From Raillietiella orientalis (lineage: Eukaryota), in the NCBI GenBank assembly GCA_036172245.1, contig JAYWIR010000010.1, positions 1 through 64,000 of the forward strand: a DNA stretch of 64,000 bases. Reading direction: 5' to 3'. Positions within the stretch are counted from its first letter, which is position 1; each line of letters opens with the position of its first letter. Positions 26,271 through 38,419 of this stretch are shown here, piece by piece. Below the pieces are notes generated by a model. That model saw only the letters and a list, made by a program, of their open reading frames with translations, had not been told where the DNA came from and did not search any database. The translations under genes and the position numbers were made by a program.

Positions 26271-27499
26271 TCCTCACGGATCTTGCCAGCCTCCTAAACA
26301 GTAGCCTCCTCCCAGCCTCCTCCCAGCACAGGTTGGACTACCTGAGGGAGCACTTGGTCTGTAGCCATCCGAAGGAACGGGATTCCCGATGCAGGTTCTC
26401 AGTAACAGAGAGAGAGCAAAGTAGTTGGACAACGAGCCAGCTAGCTGATGCCGCGACCCGAAGTACTCCACTGAAGGATCTGTTGCGCTGAAGTTAGTTC
26501 CTTAGTAACCTTCGGGAAGATATCGAGAGGGCCCCAGTGCTGAGGAATACTCAGGTCCTTCCACTGAAATGGCAGCAGTCGGCGTTCCTAGTGTTGCACT
26601 GGGGATTCCTCAGCAACGCCCGCCGATGTCACTAGAAGTGGGAACAGTGGACCCGCGAACAGTGTCAGGTACGGGCAGCGGGATTCCCTCCCGCACCTGC
26701 TTCTTTACTGCGTTGCCATCCAGCCCCTGTTGTTGCGTTTCTCAACGGCCCAAGGTTCACCTTCGAACGCTCCCGGAAACGTGATCAAGCACCTCTATGC
26801 GCGCAACGTACTTTCGTTTCCTCAACCCTAAAAGCCCTTCGCTGCCTGCGTAAGATTGTGACTGTTTGGAGCTACGCCACCGGTGACCAGCACGATAGGT
26901 ACGCCGTCTGTTACACCCTTGGCTTCCTTAGGACGGCAGTCGGATGAACCCATCTGGGACGTATTCAGATGGAAATCGCGACTATCCTGGATAGGATATC
27001 CAGAGATAGGTGATATCCAGAGGAAAGTAATCCCTTCCGCGGCATCCCCTGCTTTAGAAAATAGTGTTTCTTTTTTTGTTTTTGCTTGTCCCCTCTCCCT
27101 CCTCGGCCGAGTCGATCCTCGCCGGCCTGCGTGCCTGTCACTCGGCAAGTTCCAAATTTGTTTGGCGTTTCTGTAGGGCCTATTGCCATACACATACATG
27201 TTTATTTAGAAAATAAACGAGTGAAACGTCAGACCAATTTGCCTGTCACCAACCCTCTGATTCCCGGTCGCGCCTATCTGAGCGGGTTGTGGGCCTTAAA
27301 GCGCTCCCTTTCTTCTGCTGTACTGCAGACAAATGCCTCGTTGGAAAGCAGAACAACGATAGAAGCTGCTTCCACCGTTTCTCCGTGGTGCGCGGACTGA
27401 GCGACTCTGCGGATGTGACCATTTCATGCGCGAACTCCGTGGTTTCTGCTTTTCAACCGCAGTCGGAAAGCTTTACATCACCGCGTCTGGGAAAAGAGG

Positions 27500-28000
27500 T
27501 AATTCCCTCACACTCCATTGCTTCCTTTACTTCTGTGGCTTCTTCTTCTACTGCCTATCTAAGAGATTCGCCTCCACAGTCCTGCCACCCTCCACATTCG
27601 CCGAATGTGAAGGGTTAGGGGCAGCAACGCCTGCGAGACGCCTTACTATTCCTTTCCTGCACTTCGACAGGCGGAGGCAGTCCTTGGGCCACGATAAAGT
27701 TGAAGTGTTTTTCACAGACATTCCTATGGCCCGACATTTTGCAGTGATAACACCGTGAGGGCACAAAGCAATCCTCAAACAAGTGTCCGATTTCGACGAA
27801 GTTGAAGCAACAGGTCTTACGCCGGGCGCCAACGCGTACGGGAGCTCTTTGCAGCCGTTCCAAAGGTGCAACCAATGCCGCACCTGCACAACCTGAGAGT
27901 GTTTCCGATAGCAAGGATTCCCGGAATGCTGACATTAGCTAGAAGCTTGATTCGCAGAATGGCCTCCCCACAGATGTCGTCCATACGTTGGCGTAACCCT
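27500..28000 (-). mobile_element. BEL/Pao-like gag zinc knuckles plus protease remnant
   Basis: CFNFVEIGHLFEDC and CYHCKMSGHRNVC are CCHC-type knuckles. They are followed by ANLLD/(frameshift)GSRRRS, which resembles LLDSGSQRS. Confidence 0.6.
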
Positions 28001-28788
28001 AACATCCTCATCTCAGCGTACTGGCAGAAACACTTCCACACCTGTTTTTGGCTTGTGACGCAGCGTACAGCGAACACGTAAACAGTGATGTCACTGAAAC
28101 AGCTGCCTTATTGCATTGGCATTTGCGGCGTCGCCGGAAGCAGGGACAGATCCTCGCTTTACAGAGGGACTACTCTCTTCGGAGCCACATTGTACCCCCA
28201 GGCGGTTTTCCGCATCATATAAGGGATACTCGAAGCTCAAAGTCGCCCAATTGAATGATGTCACATTTACAAAGAGACATGCGACTGATGCATGCATGCA
28301 ATCGAGCTCTCCTACTTGCCAAAACACGCGCACTCAGCTTTCAGCAGTACGGAGGCGATGACGTGTACCTCGCGTTCATAAGGATACCTCAAGAACGGGC
28401 AAACGCGCGCAGCAATTCGGTGACCACCAGCTAACGCAGTCAAGAAACTTCCTCCAAATTAGGAAATTCTTTAGAAATACTGCGCACTGATGAGTGTAGT
28501 GGTAAACGTTTCTTCTGAGTTCACAAAAGAAGGGATTTCTGCAGCCAAACCCGGGACATTTTATTGTTTCGTACCATCCAAGATAACCTTGCATCGCAGC
28601 AAGAACTTCCGCTGCACTTTGAAAAGGTGCATCAACCACGACCGTGTGTTCGGAAGCACCGACTGCCTAAGAGCAGCATCACCACAAGAGCACTTCCAAT
28701 CCATGCCATCTCACCGGAACGGTGGTAACACCATAGAGCAAGTGCGAAAAAAACCGGAGGCGACCAGAAGTAGAAGGGTTCTCCTTCC

Positions 28789-31243
28789 CTATAGAGTTAA
28801 GAGGCACGAGGAGACGAGATCATCACTGCAGGTCGAAGCCTGGGTCAAGGAAACCAATCTTCCGATTACGCATCAGAAAGAATAGAAGACACCCGGGCGA
28901 CAGACCTAAATTACGCAGCCGCAATAGAATGCAAATGAAAACATTTCTGCTTCGTACCATCGGCAGGCGCCGCAAATGCCGGCGCCTTCCTGCGTGCAAT
29001 GCAATGCGTTGTTGCACGGAAAGAATCTGCACAACGACAGCGGGAGACAAAAAAGTCATTACGGAATGCGCCATTCTGCAGACAACGCCAGCGCCATAGT
29101 GAGCTCTTGCAATATGTGGGAGGCGCCAGAAGGGCGTTCACGAAAGAGGGCTTTCGATTGCCTACGCCCTTGCAGCGCCGACTTACAATTCCATGTCGAA
29201 AGAGCCCCAAAATTAGAAGACAGAGCGTCTTAAATGCCGCCGTTTTCTCCTGGGTGTACATGGAACAAAGAGCAGCTGCCGATTCCATGACAAAGAGAAG
29301 GCATTCTCAGCTGTTTCCGATCCCGTGCACCAATACGGACAGAGAAATCCATCCCTTCCTTCCTCAACTCGTGAATCCTTTTCTTCCACGCAAACAGGGC
29401 TTTGGCGCTTGACGCTTTTCCTGTCACCGACTTTCGGAAGATAATATTACTTCAGAAAGCATTGAAAACCACGGGGATGCAAAAAGGCGGGAAAAAAGGA
29501 GCTCCAGGTGAATACGCGCAGTCAATAGGAGCATTGAGAGAAAGCAGGACATCGTTGATGTTGGCGGCCACGCTCTTTCAGCGCCTCCACAGAATTCCAT
29601 GACAGAACGCTACTTCGGTGAGCGCCAGAAATGCACGTTGATCCACGCCAGAGGCGCATGCGCCTGGCCGCCTTCCCCTCTTTGAGCGTAACCACGGAAA
29701 CCCTTTCCATCAGAAAAAAGAATCATGAACTTCTGGAAGCGCTCGTTTGCAGTGCTTATGGTGATTCTTTCGGCTTTCAGGATCCGCGATTACGCGCGAT
29801 TCCTATACGCTGCCCTGACGGCTCCCTCGCTAGACGAGGAGGAACGGAAGTAGCTGCCCGCCTTCCTGCCCTCCCTCCGTCGCCCGAAAAGGAGCTCCTT
29901 GGCCTCCGTTCCAGGGAACGCGGAGTTTACTCATTCGGGCGTGTGCTCCCTCACCCATCATCCCCTTAATTTCCCCCTGTTAGTCCCATTGCTTTTACCC
30001 ATTCCTCCCCGCTGACGTTCGCTGCCTGAGAGAACGCCTCACCTCGCATCGACGCGGTAGAGAGACCGACGCCCCTCCCTCGCATCCAGCCGAGGAACTC
30101 AGGAGCTGATCGGAGAACACCTCCATCGGAACACCAGCAGAGCAGGCATACCGGAGAAAGAGGGGCGCGCAGGCCGACGTGGGCGGCGCCGGCTTGGCGC
30201 GCTCCCATCTCCGCAACAAGTAAATTCGGTGGCAACGGCTTCGTACAGACACATCACCACCAGCCGACAGGATAGGCCTCCTTCGTTATCCTGCCACTAG
30301 CCCGGCTGCTTCTTTTGCTTCCACTCTTCGGTTACTTGAAAGCTGCTGTCGGAAAAGTTGACGTGCCGCCCATAAAGGGCGTAGGCGAATACCAAGCATT
30401 CACGGAAAACTTTGTTGGCAAAGCTGCTGCCCTGCCTCTTTCTTCAGCAGTGATGCTGTGTATCACTTCACCACAACGCGGCACTCGCCAAAGCAACGTT
30501 TATGTCAATCCCACTGACTGCCGCAAGGCACTCGAGTTTGCTGGTCGCATTCTTGGAGCGATGTCCACCCGACAGTGCACCACGGACGCGCCAGAGAAGC
30601 GCGGTCCACATTATGCAGCATCCGCACAGGACGGCTCAAAACGGGTGAGTGCAGCACACTTCTGGTGAGTGCTTTTGTTGAGCGATTCTTGTAGAGTTGA
30701 CCGTGCTTGGTGCTGCTGGGAAGCTGCAAAGGACGGGCGTTCCACCGTCAGAGGTTGGCCAGTTCTCAGGCGGTGGCAGAACGGGCAGCTCGGTCGCAGC
30801 GGTGCTCGAACCCTTTTTCTGCCGTAGGCGGACGGTTGGACAACGGATACGAAGCATCCAGGTGCGCCACAATCCCTCGTGGTGTTCTCTGCGGGCCACC
30901 GGTGCACGCGCCCTTCAGTTGCCGTTACCGCCAGCAATGCACGACTTCCACTTCCTACACACAGCATCTAGAGGATACTCCACATTTACTGCATTGGTTT
31001 CCTATCAGGAAAAAAATGGAGGAGAAGTTTCCCTTCTTGACGAATCCTGACATATCCTTGGTGCCGTTTCCGTTGCTGCGTAGTCCATGTCGCGTACTGC
31101 TAGTCGTACATAATTCTTTCAGTTGCGCCTGGACACGGACTGCAGCCTTGCTGCATTCGTTCGCATCTTCAAGGCTTCCTGTTGTAAGCGTGGAAGACTG
31201 AGTCGAGATGTGGACATTCCCTATTGGGAAGCCACTTCGAGTT
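28789..31243 (+). repeat. Inverted, diverged copy of unit segment ~1063-3530 (Gypsy relic)
   Basis: Plus-strand ORFs at 28999, 29402, 29631, 30697 and 31208 match minus-strand ORFs 2872, 2714, 2347, 1040 and 835. Confidence 0.92.
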
Positions 31244-31699
31244 TACTTCTTGAAATGGCAGGAACGTCGTCCGCGACGTGAACGTGGATCCCTAGTAGAG
31301 AATTTGCCAGTCAACAGGCTTAAAAGGAAACGTTGTTGCTGCAGCTGCATTCTTTCTACCGCAGCCAGGATGCGCGCTTTTATCTTCGCTGCCCCCCGAT
31401 CACCCTGCAGTGCGCAACCACTGTAGCGGTTCTTGCTATTCTGCTGGACTCAGCGGCTCCCAATATCCCGAAGTCTCCATGAAAAGAATGGATTTTAGAT
31501 AGCTTACCAAGAAGGGATCCATGTGGTGCAGCGACTCCCCGGTCGTCGCGGCAAGGGCGAGAAGAGTGCATTTCTGATGAGAACTTTTCTGCTTTTTTTT
31601 GGCTCTCAATTCGATGCTTTCCCCGGTTTACTTCCTGGAAGAAGGAAACAGACATCCCACCGCGAAAATTGTGGGCGGCGCAAAGGCAGTCTGTCGTTC

Positions 31700-31950
31700 T
31701 GACCTCTGTCTCGTGCATTTCTCTGCCGTGTTTATTCGAGTGCAGAAGTGGCAAGTGGCAATCCGTCAGGGCTCAATCCCTCGTGGCGTTGTCAACGTTG
31801 CGTCTTCTTCCACTCTCTTGTATTCTCTGCGGCCCGCCGGTGCACGTGACCCGTGTAACGTGTTCGCTTGCGCTAGCGATGCAGGCTTCTCTCTCTCGAG
31901 AAACTGCGTCATCTACCGCAGGACCTACTCTGCCAAGGTCGGTGTGCTCC
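31700..31950 (+). mobile_element. Possible further Gypsy RT fragment
   Basis: VQKWQVAIRQGSIPRGVVNVA resembles V.K.dg.iR.c.dyr..VN.a. It shares DNA motifs with 30870-30915. Confidence 0.3.
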
Positions 31951-32949
31951 TATGAAATAGAAAAAACAGTCACGCAGAAAAAGTACTCTGTTGCCTGATG
32001 CTGACAGAAAGGCATTCTTCTTTCCCTTTTTAATGCCTGTTTGGTCTCGATCGCACGTTGCTTACCATATGTGTTCGTTTACACGTTCGTTCAACCCCTT
32101 ACTACAGCGTCTCCTCAGCCTGTGGAATTTCCCTGAAGTGTTCCTGAAGACGCAGACGGCAGGAAAGGGTTTTCCGAGAGAAACGATGTTATCATTGCAT
32201 TTAGGAGTGTCCTTGTTCTTAATTGCGCAGGGTTGTCTACCCGTGAACATTCTGCATTGGTATCCCTTGGGTACCCATCCTCCACTTGCAGAACAGCTGC
32301 TTTTCTCCACATTGTGCATGCATCTGCAATGTGCTTCTTATATCACTGTTGTGGACATCGATGGCGATTTCTCTCTCGCATTCAGCCGCAACTGCTGGCA
32401 CGCAAGTTGGAAAACGTGCGCCAGAGGGGCGGCTTCGTTGAACTCAAGCTGAACGCTGGACATTCATCCTGCACTTCACCTTGACCTCACGTTCCCAGGT
32501 CTTCTGTTTCCTGGACTCATGAGAAAAGGTGTGGAAAAAGAGTTCCTGGATGCGAGCCGAGCGTCACTGCTCACTCCACCAGGCGCACTTCCGTGGTCTT
32601 TGTGATTCCGTTGCACCTGCTGTTGGTTCCGTCCACTTTGTACTAGGAGGACGTTCATCGTGGATGTATTTCCTCGTTTGCGGGTAAAAAAAGAAATAAT
32701 TAGGTGCAGCATTCAAAAAGACGTTTCTTAGGGTGAAACCTCCTTTTCCCTTTTTCTGTCCTCAGCTGCATACGTGGCAGCGTGTATTTACGTGTCTGCA
32801 CCCATGCGCTTATAGCTGTGTGCATCTGCTTGTCTTGGGTTCTGCAGGTCGCACCGATCATTTGCAGGAAACGCGTTGATGCGTGGTCCCATCAAGAAGC
32901 TGCTGGGTATCGTTCACAGTTTCTCGTTCCAATCTGCACCACGAAGGTT

Positions 32950-33450
32950 TGAACACATTAGGGAAAGAATGGTTTCCGTTTTCGTGATGGACCTTCATGC
33001 CCAATAAGAAAAGCTTGCTTAGGATCCACGGGAATGGGTGGACTTCTGGAATCGTGGGGTGCACGGTCAGCGAGCCGGAAGTCTGCGTGTGAGAGAAACA
33101 AAATGCGGAATGGCGGTTTCCGATGGGGCGTGGTCGGTTCCGAGCTTTGCCGATTGTTGGGCGCGTGTCGTCCTTCTTTTGACGTCACATTTCCTTTTCC
33201 TCATCCGCAAGCGCCAGTTCGATTTCCACCTTGCGTCCTTAATAGTTTTCCGAAACGAAGGGATGCTCCTTCACCTTGGGAATCGCATTTTTCCAAAAAA
33301 CGCGCCATGCTGGTCCCTAAGAACGCCGCAATGCAGTGCCTTTCGTGCCTCCAGGCGCAGGTGCAAACCGCCGTCGCAGGCTGATGGCCGATGTCGCCAT
33401 TTCACTTGGCTTCCCTGCTTCGTGCCCTTCTATCTCCAACTGCACGCCTA
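32950..33450 (+). mobile_element. Possible BEL integrase C-terminal relic
   Basis: GMGGLLES (cf. PwxGGxwER), LLTSHFL (cf. LTPxHFL) and FRNEGMLLHL (cf. WxxEYL) occur in the expected order across frames. Confidence 0.3.
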
Positions 33451-34225
33451 TACCGTGCGCTTGCTGGTAAACCGCTGGCGAAAGAGTACGTCGACGCCAC
33501 ACATTTCCGGGTAACACGGTTTTCCTTTTGATGGGATGTTGCCTGCTCATGCTGCGAGGAATCCCTCAAAGTTCCTCGTGCTTTGAGGTCTTGATTACTT
33601 TTTAGCTTCCATGATCACTACGAAGAGGGATGCAGGAAGTCTTTTTTTTTTTCAGCACCCGTTGGTATACGTGTCAAACGAGACCAAAGAAATCCTGGTG
33701 CGACAGGAGGCAAGCAAACTCCACAAGGGCAATTTGGGGTGTGTTACCGTAAAATCAGGTACCCCGGCTTTCGCTAAAATGCGATGCTTTCATCCTTCTG
33801 CTCGTCAACCGCGCCTCTGCTCCTTTCAGCCATGAGCAACCGGACTTTTGACCTGTGACACAGCTCTACAACACATTCTGGTTTCCTCCGGTTGGAAATG
33901 ACTTTTCGTAGTCGCATGCCATCACCTCCCGTCTGTGACTCGCTACCGACTGCTGGCCTGTGAGAAGAAACGCCACTTTCGCTCTCTCTGAAGACGATGC
34001 CATCCTCCAGCGAAAGAAGCAGTTCCATCTGTGCCGCCTAGTACCTTTTACTTACCGTATTCTGGTTCTCGCGCAACGTTCCTATTCAACTGATGGCTGA
34101 AGCAGCAGAAACGTACTCGTGCTTCCTCGCTCTTCTCGACTTGTGTACTGAAGCACGCTGCCTGTTGTCCATGCAGTTCGTTTTAAGCGCAGAGTTTCCT
34201 CTACCACACGCTTCCTTTCGTCGTC

Positions 34226-36100
34226 GTGCAGTCCGTCGACATGCAACAGGCGATGCGCCATCGGAGGCTCACGCGCCAACGGTCGCTGTTTGCCTTATCG
34301 GGCACCATTGTCACAAAGGCGTCCTCTTCGCTGGAACCGCTTTCAGAACTCCTCCCAGGAGAAACTCTTGTGTTACTTGTAACGGGCATTTTTCATGCGG
34401 ATTTCGAGTCGGGGGACGCAGACAGTTTGGGGCTGGAGCAAGAAGGCTCCGTATCGAGTGCAGGGCATGCTCGCCTAATACCCGCAAGCTATTTGCGGAC
34501 GCGGAACTCGGCATCAAGGCACCTCCTCTTGAATTGCCTTGCGAGTGCAGGCCGAGAGGAACAATTCAGTAGGCGGTGCCTTGATATTGAGTGCCGCAGC
34601 TACAAACAGCTTGGCCGCCCCATAGTCGCTGCACACTTTGAGAACCACCACAAATCCATCCGATATGGACGTGTCTTCCGCCGACCTCCAGCTTATGGCA
34701 AATTTCCTGCCTATCGAACTAAACGCGCGCCGAAGCGAGCCAACTGTACACGCAGTAGAATCTTTTTGAAAAGGTTTCATTTTCGCCGAAGGGCGCGCAC
34801 AGATGCGTCGAGCCGCCTGCGACGCAAAGACATCGCGGTCGGACACACCGAACGCGATGCTTTTCAAATGGTGGACGAAATGAAAACAGCGATGGTAAAG
34901 GTGTCGAGACATCTACAACGCCACAGCAGCTCTCTCTTCTTTCTCTCTCGAACGTGCCGCTCTGGCCGTTGTCCAACCACTTTGCTAGCTCTCTGTACCT
35001 GAAATCCTACATCGGCCCTCCCGTTCCCCCGCCTGGCTACTGCCCAAGTGCTCCCTGTGGTAGTCCCGCCTGTGCTGGAAGGACCAGCTAGTGTTACGTG
35101 TCTTACGCAGCAGAGAAAAGCAGAATCAGAAGACTTTGGCGAGTCGGAAGGCGACTTTGGTGATGGAAAATCTGCGTGAGACGAACGAAGAACTCCTCCC
35201 AGCCTGGAAAAGAAGGAGGATGCCCAGTCATCGTTGATGGCCTTCTTCCTGTCGATGACATTTGGAAAGCGGGAACTTGCAGCTGGGGAACATCAACGGC
35301 CAGCCGTACAGGGATGACTGTATTTCCCCACAAATTGTGGGAACAAAGAGGAAAAGCGGTCGGCAAAAGACCAAATTCTTCAAACACAGACAAAAACTAG
35401 AAGTGAATGGAGTTTTGCACGTAAAGGTTGCAATGTGAAATTCAGTTGGTCAGTAACTTCACGCCAACGCTTGTTCGTACCTGGGAGGATTGCTCGAGTG
35501 ACAACACTGTCGCTACGAACAAAATGGGGCTTTCAGCTGTCTGGTGCCCATCGGTGAAGGAGAGAGCTGCAACTGCCACCACTATTGCCGAAATGAAAAA
35601 GTTACTTCAATTATTTGGAATTTTAGGTTGGAATACTGGTGGGGATGGACGAGTATTGGCTACTACTTGTCTTCAAAGGAAAGCGGAGCTCTCGAGTGCG
35701 CTGTGCGCATCCGCACGCGGAATTTTTCTTGCCCTGTCGAACTCGGTGAGCCTCACCGAGTCGATTTGCAATACTCGTGCATGCCGTGCATCAACGAACG
35801 TTTCTTGGAACAGGTGCTTGCAGAATGCAAAATGAGGTGCCTTTCAAGTTGAGTGTTGAGTGTCCCTTCACGGATGCGTTTCGCGAAACTCCAAGCATAG
35901 CATGCGCCAACGAACCGTGTCTTTGAGGCAAGCGCGCGTTCCACGCACCGATTCCCGTTGCTTAGCAAAGGAGATTTTTCCTGACGGAAGAATTTGCTGT
36001 GTGCTGCTTGCGAATTCGGTTGTCGGATCGACTCGCGCATTTCGTGGAAGAGGTCGCAACTCGGAGTATCGTACTGCTGCGTAATCCAGCGCTTATCTAC
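34226..36100 (+). mobile_element. Decayed Gypsy (Mag-like) gag-protease-RT
   Basis: The 258-aa ORF has AAHFENHHKSIRYGRVFRR...ANC...SRLRRKD...AFQMVDEMKTA, a Mag-type gag pattern. The knuckle/protease block shared with 3647-4440 follows, then VPRTDS..LAK..DGRICCVL, which resembles the start of RT. Confidence 0.5.
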
Positions 36101-36514
36101 TTGTGCGTCTACTTGTGAATTCGGAAGTTCGTAGCGGATAGCGAATCCATCCCAACCGGAAGTAATTCGCATCCCTGCGAATCCGGAGCTTCGGATTCGG
36201 TTCCGAAACCAAACGGAAAGCGAGTCTTGTCGCTCGTGACCCCGGAAAAAACACATCTCGCCTATCCTGCCGCCGAGGTATCCAGGAAGGATTACCGTAC
36301 TGCCAACTTAGAAAAGCCAGTGGCTGTAATTTAGCAGGAAAGGAAAGCAGATCCAGAAACAAAGCTGAGCACCGGTAAGATGAATGCAAGGTCCGTGAGA
36401 ATGTGGGAAATCAATCGTGTGGTGCACGTGTGACGCAGGAAGTGATTCGTGGCTTGTGCACGACTTCCAGGTCGAGTCCCTCGCAATTGGGAAATGTGCT
36501 CAGCCTGGATTGGC

Positions 36515-37372
36515 ATGTCTTCCCTGCGTATCGGGAAGGAGGAGTCCGAATCGCCGAAGCAAAAAGCTTCGTTTCGGACCGCAGACACTGAGAGTCTGTA
36601 CGCGAAGGCATCCTCTGCGACCGTGTCTTCTCCGAGAATCCAGAAGCAAACGGAAGAGGAGTGGCCACCGGAGAGCAGCAGTGAGCCTTCCCGCACGGAA
36701 CCCAAGCCGAAGAGATGGCTTTGGTTCAGCTGGAAGAAAGGCAAGGGCAAGATGAACGGAGCGGAGGAAGCGGGGAGCGGACCAGCCGCGACAGTACCTG
36801 TTGCGAACGGCTGCCCGACTACCGACAAAAGCTGCAAGAAGCTCGTGAAAGCAACCTCGTTCTTCAAAAGCAACCTCACTCCACAAGAGAAGCAGAGCAA
36901 GGAATGCAGAAAGAGGGGGAAAAAAGCCAGCAAGGAAGCACGGAAGCGAGACAAGAAACTGAAAGATGAACGGAAGAAGAAGAGAAACGAGGAGGAAAGA
37001 CAGAAAGCGAAAGAGAAACGGGAGGAAGATCGGGAATGCAAGAAGAAATCCGGAAGCAAACGGAATCGGTTGGTGTTGAAGAAGCCAAAAGTTCAGGAGC
37101 AACAGGAGACGAAGGAACACGTGCCTGAGAATTGCAAAAGGCAAATGGTTCCGGGTGACGACAAGGAGGCGGCCGAAACGATTGCTTCCAAGCAGGAGCA
37201 TGGAAACGGCGAACGAACGAAGACCACGAAAGCAAAGGTGAACAGACGAAAAACGATGGCTTGCTTCCGGTTCTTTAAACACAACGGAAGGAGAACCGGA
37301 GAAGATGTTACCCTGGCAACGTCCTTGCCATGGAACGAACCTAGGAAACGCGAAGTGTCGAACAAACTGTGA
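36515..37372 (+). CDS. Hypothetical Lys/Glu-rich low-complexity protein (~285 aa from the ATG at 36515)
   Basis: The frame stays open for 307 codons and has a strongly biased K/E/R central tract (KKASKEARKRDKKLKDERKKKRNEEERQKAKEK). No domain was recognised. Confidence 0.4.
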   Translation: MSSLRIGKEESESPKQKASFRTADTESLYAKASSATVSSPRIQKQTEEEWPPESSSEPSRTEPKPKRWLWFSWKKGKGKMNGAEEAGSGPAATVPVANGCPTTDKSCKKLVKATSFFKSNLTPQEKQSKECRKRGKKASKEARKRDKKLKDERKKKRNEEERQKAKEKREEDRECKKKSGSKRNRLVLKKPKVQEQQETKEHVPENCKRQMVPGDDKEAAETIASKQEHGNGERTKTTKAKVNRRKTMACFRFFKHNGRRTGEDVTLATSLPWNEPRKREVSNKL

Positions 37373-38419
37373 GACAAAGACGGAGGCGGCGACGTAGCCA
37401 GGGAGCAGGAAGAGCATTGCTGCTCGATGCTGCTCACGGAGCCGAAGCGGAACGAAGGAAACGACTGCCGCCATTCCCGTGTCTGGGGAGTCGATGGCGC
37501 CGAACTGCCCTCGGCAGCTGTGGATGGGTGCGCAGGCACACATAGCCTCGAACTGCGAAGAAGAAAGCAGACCTCTCCAGATGGGTGGCTGGTCAGCCGC
37601 AGCGTTCAGTGCGACTATGGAGATTATTGCCGAGAAGGTTGGTGGAACGGGTTCTGCATTCCGGCCACTGCACACGCGTCTGCTCCCGTTCGGTGCCCCG
37701 GGTGGAGTTTGCGGATGCGCGTCGCTCGTTCTGCACGTTCGCGCACGAACGTACGCGTACGTGTGCGTGGCTCGTGTGGAGCTCGCAACGCGTTTGCATG
37801 CGTTTGGTCGAGAAACTTGCTTTTTGTTCGCTTGTGCGCGAAACAAGGAAGGACGGAAAAGAAGAGCCGTTGCACGTGTTCTTGACCGGAAGCCGGTAGA
37901 AGGGGTGCGCATTTCGGAAAAGTGCAGGCTTGTCTGGAAAGAGCGCCGCTGCGTTGCCTTCGGGAATTTCACAGGCGCGCTTTGTTCTTCAAACTCTTTC
38001 CGGAACCAGGTGGCCATTTATCCGAGTGCAAGCTGCTGCGAGAGCATTTTGTCGAGCCGAACGTTCCGCAAGCAAGGCAATTGCACTTGGGATGCGAAGA
38101 AAAGCAATGATAATTTCCCTTCGCATGAACGTTTCGTGTGCTTCTCTCATGGCAGCGTTGCGACGTGATGGCGGTGGCGGGAGCGGTGCGCTGACGGCTT
38201 GCGAGGCACGCGTGTTGCCACTCGCGTTGTCCGATCGGTTGAATGCATGAAAAATGCTAATGAGACGCTTCTTGTTTTTCCCAAAGGGCAAATCGAGTCC
38301 GTGGTCCCGGCACTGGAATCCATCTTAATACTATTGGAGAAAGTAGCCACGAAGCTGGAAGCTACAGCAACAGAGGCCGAACAAAGGGCATCCTCTCATT
38401 TTTGCCTCACATTTGAATC

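Noticed and set aside
36500..38017. 505-aa minus-strand ORF as a gene
   Set aside because: Its F/L-rich core is the antisense shadow of the K/E-rich plus ORF, and no domain is recognisable.
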